DNA of 64,000 nucleotides from NCBI GenBank assembly GCA_964566055.1, contig CAZMHI010000011.1, positions 25,851-89,850 on the forward strand, given 5' to 3'. Positions 58,469 to 64,000 of the stretch are shown in pieces (positions within the stretch are counted from its first letter, which is position 1; every line of letters starts with the position of its first letter). The notes below the pieces were generated by a model. It was not told the origin of the DNA and did no database searches. It worked only from the letters and a program-made list of their open reading frames with translations. The position numbers were made by a program, and so were the translations under genes. Source of the DNA: an uncultured Rhodospirillaceae bacterium (lineage in GTDB: Bacteria > Pseudomonadota > Alphaproteobacteria > Rhodospirillales > UBA2165).

Positions 58469-59299
58469 TCACTTGGCTTCATGGGTGGGCTCAAACCCAG
58501 CTAGCTGATAAGCGCCTTCCGGATGAGACGACTCACCACCGGCGCCGCGCCGAACCATTTCGGTAATCCAAATTTCGTCCCATTCGACATTGGCTAAATT
58601 TACGTTGGTGCCCAACTCGGCGACCATCCAGCCGGTGACTTTGTGTTTAAATTCACGGTTAATGCCCGGCAGGATAACGACTGGCAGTTCAAAAATAACG
58701 TCTTCCATCGGAAATCGGTCAACAATTGCTGCAATGAGTTCTCCCCTGATTTTATCGCCTGAGAAAAGCTCATAAGCTTCGAGAAAAACTTTAGAAGAAC
58801 CCGCCTCAAAACAGGCTTCAAGGTCGGCTAGAAATTCATCATCATCCAAAACCCCTTCTTTTTTGCCCACTTCTCCCAATACCCGGAGACCAAACTCGTC
58901 AACCGCGCGTCTAATGGTCTTTTTCTTTTCGGTGAGGCTCCAGTTCAACAAATTGTCTGAAATCTCTACCGCCGAAAACCCAAGCGCCACCATCTCTTCA
59001 AAGAAGGGGTCAATGTTGCCCTGCATAAAGGCAAGCTCGGTAAAGAGCCCCCCTTGTGAGGTGCTGATATCGCGATCGCGATAAATTGCCAGTTTTTTCT
59101 CAATGGTTGTTTTGGGCATTAGACCAACAATCGAACCGGCAATCTTGGCCATATCGATATAGTGCCCTGCCGTTTCAACCACATCCGCCTGCAGACCAAC
59201 CGGCAACCCCCAATCGATCATCATGGTAATTCCCTTGCTGCGCGGTTTGGCTTCACGGTCCGGCAGTGGAATGGCTGAAAACGCTGTCTCGATACCCAT
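58469..59299 (-). CDS. Phosphosulfolactate synthase (ComA) family protein
   Basis: Starts MGIETAF (AGGAG SD). KPRSKGITMMIDWGLP..., YIDMAKIAGS and SQGGLFTE resemble the ComA family. Confidence 0.6.
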   Translation of the reverse strand: MGIETAFSAIPLPDREAKPRSKGITMMIDWGLPVGLQADVVETAGHYIDMAKIAGSIVGLMPKTTIEKKLAIYRDRDISTSQGGLFTELAFMQGNIDPFFEEMVALGFSAVEISDNLLNWSLTEKKKTIRRAVDEFGLRVLGEVGKKEGVLDDDEFLADLEACFEAGSSKVFLEAYELFSGDKIRGELIAAIVDRFPMEDVIFELPVVILPGINREFKHKVTGWMVAELGTNVNLANVEWDEIWITEMVRRGAGGESSHPEGAYQLAGFEPTHEAK

Positions 59300-59356
59300 A
59301 ACAATCTCCTTTAAAAAATAGGTTGTCAGAACAAGCATTTTTTGTCAAGCTCCACC

Positions 59357-59818
59357 ATGGCAAAAAAATTCGACATCAGGGACCGGCTGGGTTACCGCGT
59401 TCAAATCCTCGCCAACAAAATGATTTTGTGGTCAGCCCGGACTTATGCCCGCAAATTTAATGTCGGCGTCCAGGAATGGCGGGTGCTATCTATTCTAACT
59501 CGGGAAGGTAAAGGAACCGCCAAACTAATCTGCAATTTAAGTTTGATGGATAAAGGCAATGTAAGCCGCGCGGTGAAAAAACTCGTTAAGGATAACTGTC
59601 TTGAAGAACGGCCAGATGCCAATGACAAGCGCAGCACCCTGTTGTTTCTGACACCTAAGGGAGTTGAACTCTATAAACGCATAAAACAAGTGTCGGATGC
59701 ACGTGAAAAGAAATTTATGGCCGCACTTTCGGCTTCAGAACGAGTAGCGCTGCCCTCAATAATGACCAAGCTGGAAGGTGTGATCGAAGAACTTTTACAG
59801 GATTCGGAAAAGGTATAA
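59357..59818 (+). CDS. MarR-family transcriptional regulator
   Basis: Winged HTH (VQEWRVLSILTREG...TAKLICNLSLMDKGNVSRAVKKLV...DKRSTLLFLTPKG). Divergent from the comA-like gene with a 57-nt spacer. Confidence 0.8.
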   Translation: MAKKFDIRDRLGYRVQILANKMILWSARTYARKFNVGVQEWRVLSILTREGKGTAKLICNLSLMDKGNVSRAVKKLVKDNCLEERPDANDKRSTLLFLTPKGVELYKRIKQVSDAREKKFMAALSASERVALPSIMTKLEGVIEELLQDSEKV

Positions 59819-59824
59819 TCGGAG

Positions 59825-62122
59825 ATGTCAGGCGAAAATACAAATATCGTAGATTCGAAGCTTGTCGGTGAAGTTTGGCCGGCTGCCGCTCCGGCCGAAG
59901 ACCCGGTGTTGTACGGCCAGGCCGAGTTATCGCCGGAAGGTGCCTTTGAGGTGCGCTCGTATCAGACCTTTACACTTAAATATACCGTTGGGCGTTTCGG
60001 GCTTGATGACAATGGCAGCATTCGGGTGGTGTTCCGATTTTTCGGTGATTGGGGCGGCTTGCAAATGGATGACCCGGCTGCCCCCAACTATGTCACCGCT
60101 ATCACCAGTCTCGGCACCAAGCCGTCTTTGAACTTTCAACGAGTTGGCCATTCCCGGCCCTGGATGAAGGCTCTAACGGCCGGAATATCAGGCGGCTATT
60201 TATCCGAAGGTGATACCATCACTATTACTTTTGGCGATACCAGCAGCGGCTCGCCGGGCTTTAAGATGCAAACTTTTGTTGAGAGCGGATTTGAATTTAA
60301 AGTATTGGTCGATGCCTGTGCGGTTGGTCATTACGTGCCGATCCTGGATAAGCCGGCAATTTCGATTGTGCCGGGACCACCTGCCGAATGGCGGGCGGCA
60401 GTTTCGACCTTACGCCGCCCAGGTGAAACGTTTCAGCTTGGCATCAAGGCCGAAGACGAATGGGGCAATCCCTCAGATCAGGTTGAAGCCAAGCTGCGAA
60501 TTGAGCCCAGCCTGCCGGTCAAGAATTTACCTGAAACAGCCACCTTCAACAAAGGCCAGAAATCACTGGTGTTTGAAGACCTGTCCGCCACCGAAGAAAG
60601 TGAGCTGCGCATCAAAATCTTTGACGGCGACGAGCTGCTCTGTGAAGCGGGTCCGTTAATCATCGAAGACGGGCCATATGGCGGCTATTGGGGTGATCTC
60701 CATGGTCAAAGCGGTGAAACTATCGGAATCACCAATTCCCGGGAGTATTTTGATTTCGCCCGTGATCTGGCTTTTCTGGATGTCATCAGCCACCAAGCCA
60801 ACGACTTCCAAGTCAATAATGCCTTTTGGGAATTTCTCAACGAATTGACGGCCGCTTATAATAATGAGGGCCGGTTTGTCACTTTTCCGGGCTTTGAATG
60901 GTCGGGCAATACGTCGGTTGGTGGTGACCGCAATATCTATTTTCGCGAAGAAGGCCGCCAGATCAGACGCTCCTCCCACGCGCTCTTGCCGGATCAATCT
61001 GACATTCATACTGATGCCAATGATGCACGTATTTTATTTGATGCCCTCAAGGATGAAGATTGTCTGGCCTATGCTCATGTCGGCGGACGCTATGCGGATA
61101 TCGAATTTGCTCATGATGCCAAGATCGAAACCGCGATGGAAATCCACTCGGCCTGGGGCACCTTCGAGTGGCTGCTGACAGATGGTTTCCCGCTCGGCCA
61201 CCGCTCGGGCGTCGTCTGCAACAGTGATGGCCACAAGGGCCGGCCGGGCGCCAGCTATCCCGGAGCTTCGATGTTTGGGGCTTATGGCGGACTGACCTGT
61301 TTCTATACCGAAGAACTCACCCGCGACGGCATATTTGATTGCCTGAGAAAGCGCCACCATTATGGCACCACCGGCAACCGGCTGCATTTGACCGTAGACA
61401 CTGAATTTAAGGGCAGCGGCAAGCTGTTTAATCTTGATCCGAACGTCTATGACGACGCCAAATCGAGCGAAGTGAACTCAGCGATGATGGGCGATATTGT
61501 GCAGACCAGCGACACCAGCGTCACCCTTAAAGTCGTGGCGAATTCACCAACCCCGATTGAACGCATCGAAATACGCAATGGCATGGATGTCGTTGAAACT
61601 TTGCGCGGCTATAGCGAAGCCGATCTCGGAGATCGCTACAGGGTGATCTGGAGCGGCGCCGAGTATCGTGGCCGGGGCCGCAATACCAGCTGGATTGGCG
61701 AAGCAGTCTTTAAAAACGCCAAAATCACGCGGATGGAAAAAATCAATGCTTGGAACCATGAGAGATTGCTCGAAGTTGACGGTGACAACAAAGTCAAATG
61801 GGATGCCATCACCACCGGTAATTATGGCGGCTTTGATGTCTGGCTCGATAATAGTGAAAATGCCGAAATTGATATCGAGACCAATCATGGCTCACTCATA
61901 TGCGCGCTATCCGAAATGGGGATCGAAGATACGGTTCTTGATTGCGGTGGCTTGGAAAGAAGGCTTAGAATACTGCACTTGCCGGAAGTAAACCCACACC
62001 GGGAACTTAGCGGTGAAATTGAGATTAAATTATCAGGATCGGGCGATAACCCATTGTGGGTCTGTGTCACCACTGAAGATGGTTTCCAGGCCTGGAGCAG
62101 TCCGATTTTTGTCTTTAACTAA
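59825..62122 (+). CDS. Large hypothetical protein with a DUF3604/PHP-like metallohydrolase-type core
   Basis: 765 aa. YWGDLHGQSGE...FLDVISHQAND...FPGFEWSGN resembles the DUF3604 layout. The family assignment is uncertain. Confidence 0.4.
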   Translation: MSGENTNIVDSKLVGEVWPAAAPAEDPVLYGQAELSPEGAFEVRSYQTFTLKYTVGRFGLDDNGSIRVVFRFFGDWGGLQMDDPAAPNYVTAITSLGTKPSLNFQRVGHSRPWMKALTAGISGGYLSEGDTITITFGDTSSGSPGFKMQTFVESGFEFKVLVDACAVGHYVPILDKPAISIVPGPPAEWRAAVSTLRRPGETFQLGIKAEDEWGNPSDQVEAKLRIEPSLPVKNLPETATFNKGQKSLVFEDLSATEESELRIKIFDGDELLCEAGPLIIEDGPYGGYWGDLHGQSGETIGITNSREYFDFARDLAFLDVISHQANDFQVNNAFWEFLNELTAAYNNEGRFVTFPGFEWSGNTSVGGDRNIYFREEGRQIRRSSHALLPDQSDIHTDANDARILFDALKDEDCLAYAHVGGRYADIEFAHDAKIETAMEIHSAWGTFEWLLTDGFPLGHRSGVVCNSDGHKGRPGASYPGASMFGAYGGLTCFYTEELTRDGIFDCLRKRHHYGTTGNRLHLTVDTEFKGSGKLFNLDPNVYDDAKSSEVNSAMMGDIVQTSDTSVTLKVVANSPTPIERIEIRNGMDVVETLRGYSEADLGDRYRVIWSGAEYRGRGRNTSWIGEAVFKNAKITRMEKINAWNHERLLEVDGDNKVKWDAITTGNYGGFDVWLDNSENAEIDIETNHGSLICALSEMGIEDTVLDCGGLERRLRILHLPEVNPHRELSGEIEIKLSGSGDNPLWVCVTTEDGFQAWSSPIFVFN

Positions 62123-62194
62123 CTAACAAATTAATGATAAAGTTGTACCAACAACTAAATGAAATTAGCAAACGTCTAACAAGGGAGACTTATA

Positions 62195-63160
62195 ATGAAT
62201 GCACTAACTAAAACAACAACACGTCTGGCAGTGGCCGGTCTGGCTGCTGCGGCTTTTATGACCACAACCACGGCCCAGGCCGAATGGAAACCTAAGGGCC
62301 CAATCAGTGTCATGATCGGCTTTGCTGCCGGTGGCGGCACCGATACCCAGGCGCGGTTGATTGCCGCTGAGCTGGAAAAACGCAAAGGCTGGAAAATGAT
62401 CCCTTCCAATGTTTCCGGTCGTGGCGGCTCGGTAATGGCCCGCAAACTCAAAAACCTGCCTGCCGATGGTTTGAGCATTGGCATGGCGGTAACCGAACCT
62501 TTTGGCTATGGCATGATCGCCACCAAAAAACCCGGTTACAGTCTGAAAGATTTCACCTTTATTGCCACCACCACCAGCTCACAAATGGGCATCGTTGCCA
62601 AAACCGGCAAAGGCTGGAAATCTTTTAAAGATGTTATCGCTGCAGCCAAAAAAGGTAAGGTATTTAAATTTGCCGGTATGAGCCCCAAACATGCCGACAT
62701 CAACTTTCTGATCGAACAGAAATACGGCGTTAAATTTAATACCGTCATTTTACGCGGCGGCCGCAAAGTCATGAACGCGATTACCGCTGGTGATGTCGAT
62801 ATGGGCTACGGCGCCGGTATCCAAACCAAAGCTGTAAAGGCCGGGAAAATGGTCAATCTGGCCTCCGGTCTCGGCGTCCGGCTCAAAGTATCACCAAGCG
62901 CTCCGACCTTGATGGAACTCGGTATCCCGCATGATATCGGTGCTAAGTTTTTGTTTATTGCGCCGGCCGGTATTCCGGCGGATGCCCGCAAAGCCCTGGC
63001 TGATGCAATTGGCGGCGTTATCAACGACCCCAGCACCAAAGCGTCACAATTCGTCAGCAAGAACTATGGCGGCCCGGATGTCATTACCGGCGCCAAGCTG
63101 GATGCTTTGATGCAGGCTAATGTGGACGATTCCAAAGTCCTGATGAAAGTCATGAACTAA
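62195..63160 (+). CDS. tctC: Tripartite tricarboxylate transporter substrate-binding protein (Bug/TctC family)
   Basis: 321 aa. Signal peptide. Bug-family motifs (GFAAGGGTDTQAR, NVSGRGGS). Confidence 0.8.
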   Translation: MNALTKTTTRLAVAGLAAAAFMTTTTAQAEWKPKGPISVMIGFAAGGGTDTQARLIAAELEKRKGWKMIPSNVSGRGGSVMARKLKNLPADGLSIGMAVTEPFGYGMIATKKPGYSLKDFTFIATTTSSQMGIVAKTGKGWKSFKDVIAAAKKGKVFKFAGMSPKHADINFLIEQKYGVKFNTVILRGGRKVMNAITAGDVDMGYGAGIQTKAVKAGKMVNLASGLGVRLKVSPSAPTLMELGIPHDIGAKFLFIAPAGIPADARKALADAIGGVINDPSTKASQFVSKNYGGPDVITGAKLDALMQANVDDSKVLMKVMN

Positions 63161-63167
63161 ATCGACA

Positions 63168-63197
63168 AAAGGGCTGGGTTAAACTCAGCCCTTTTTT
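63168..63197 (+). terminator. Rho-independent terminator/attenuator between tctC and tctB
   Basis: AAAGGGCTG-(9-nt loop)-CAGCCCTTT followed by TTTCT. Confidence 0.55.
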
Positions 63198-63212
63198 CTA
63201 TTTCACTGGCCT

Positions 63213-63794
63213 ATGCAAAAAGCACCATGGACCGTCGGCCTCGCGATCTTTTTTATCGTGGCGTCGTCTCTTACCTTATTTATCTGGATACCTCTCGATA
63301 TTGAAACCGGTGTGATCGAAACCTTTCGCCGCCGGGTGAATATTGGCGATGCGATGGCGCCGACAGTAATGGCAGTCGCGATATTGGTTGTTTCCGTCTT
63401 TATGGGTGTGATGGCGATTGTCCGTCCCGGCGAAAAGGCCGGTGAGGATGCAGAAGGTCTCGACAAGCAAAGTTTTTTATTTTTGTTGCGTCTGATGGCT
63501 GTTCTGGTTGTCGGCCTCATCTTAATGGTCAACCTCGGTCCCCTGGTTGTTGATATGGTTAATACCTTGGGAGGGGAAATCGGCACTTATCGCAATTTGC
63601 GCGCGACTTATCCTTATAAAATAATTGGCTATGTCGTTGGTGGTTTTGTACTTATTTTCGGCATCATCAGCGCTGTCGAGAACCGCTTTACCTTGAACGC
63701 TGCTTTAATTTCCGTCGCCGCTGTTATCGTAATCACATTCCTCTATGACGTGCCCTTTGACAATCTGCTCTTGCCGCCCAATGGAGACAAATAA
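63213..63794 (+). CDS. tctB: Tripartite tricarboxylate transporter small membrane subunit TctB
   Basis: 193 aa with 4-5 hydrophobic helices. Position between tctC and tctA. Confidence 0.7.
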   Translation: MQKAPWTVGLAIFFIVASSLTLFIWIPLDIETGVIETFRRRVNIGDAMAPTVMAVAILVVSVFMGVMAIVRPGEKAGEDAEGLDKQSFLFLLRLMAVLVVGLILMVNLGPLVVDMVNTLGGEIGTYRNLRATYPYKIIGYVVGGFVLIFGIISAVENRFTLNAALISVAAVIVITFLYDVPFDNLLLPPNGDK

Positions 63795-64000
63795 TGGGGC
63801 TGCTTGATCACGTTTGGTTGGGGATCGTCACGGTATTTACCGTTGATCCGATGTTTTCAATTGCCGGCCTGCCGATTTCGACAACCATCGTTATGGTTTT
63901 TTTAGGCCTCATTTTTGGAATTTTCGTTGGCGCAGCTCCCGGCATCGGCGGCCCGGTAGCCATGGCAATTTCGCTGCCGATATTAATCTCTATTTTTGGC
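63794..64000 (+). CDS. tctA: Tripartite tricarboxylate transporter large permease TctA (5' partial, runs off the window)
   Basis: TAATG overlap with tctB. My translation MGLLDHVWLGIVTVF...GAAPGIGGPVAMAISLPIL is typical of a TctA N-terminus. Confidence 0.7.
   Translation, partial: MGLLDHVWLGIVTVFTVDPMFSIAGLPISTTIVMVFLGLIFGIFVGAAPGIGGPVAMAISLPILISIFG

Noticed and set aside
58088-58566. Small ORFs (65, 71 and 64 aa) in the intergenic region upstream of the first peroxidase gene
   Set aside because: They have no SD and no recognisable domains, and they overlap each other and the FNR box. The region is better explained as promoter plus leader.

Overview
Gene-dense chromosomal window of about 60 CDS and roughly 50% GC. 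It comes from a Gram-negative bacterium, probably a marine alphaproteobacterium-like organism; that guess rests on gene content only. I recognised no rRNA, tRNA, CRISPR array, transposase or integrase. Layout: (1) 1-14.6 kb holds housekeeping and assimilatory genes: MaoC hydratase, purU, nirC-nirD-nirB, metH-metF plus an ArsR/methyltransferase fusion, mlaA and mlaC-like, and ettA. (2) 14.7-22.2 kb is a signalling block: a di-haem peroxidase-like protein, a REC-adenylate cyclase, a CheY-like regulator, a hybrid histidine kinase with Hpt, phoB, and a soluble PAS kinase. (3) 22.4-30.9 kb holds aromatic-acid catabolism-type genes: a salicylyl-CoA 5-hydroxylase-like fusion, pobA, two RidA, a MetE-like protein, an isochorismatase and a BNR propeller. 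(4) 31.0-58.4 kb is the standout. It is a ~27-kb stretch in which every gene is on the minus strand and most are translationally coupled, and it appears split into three units each preceded by a TTGAT-N4-ATCAA (FNR-type) box. It encodes two di-haem cytochrome c peroxidases, a Tat-Rieske plus molybdopterin subunit pair of the arsenite-oxidase/iodate-reductase clade, a 776-aa HEAT-repeat protein and a cupredoxin. It also carries two paralogous four-gene modules (a CydA-like membrane protein without CydB or Q-loop, plus three membrane-anchored c-type cytochromes), extra soluble cytochromes c and mini membrane peptides. Its last unit encodes a USPx2-PCP_redx5 protein, a radical-SAM/SPASM-PCP_red protein, a HemY-like FAD oxidase and SCO1. 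I count 17 CxxCH motifs in 10 proteins. I interpret it as an oxygen-regulated periplasmic respiratory system (iodate reductase-like or arsenite oxidase-like) wired to uncharacterised cytochrome-bd-superfamily complexes. As far as I can judge without searches, this combination has not been described. (5) 58.5-64 kb holds a comA-like phosphosulfolactate synthase, marR, a DUF3604-like protein and tctC-tctB-tctA (partial). All functional calls come from reading the translated ORFs by eye; no database search was possible.
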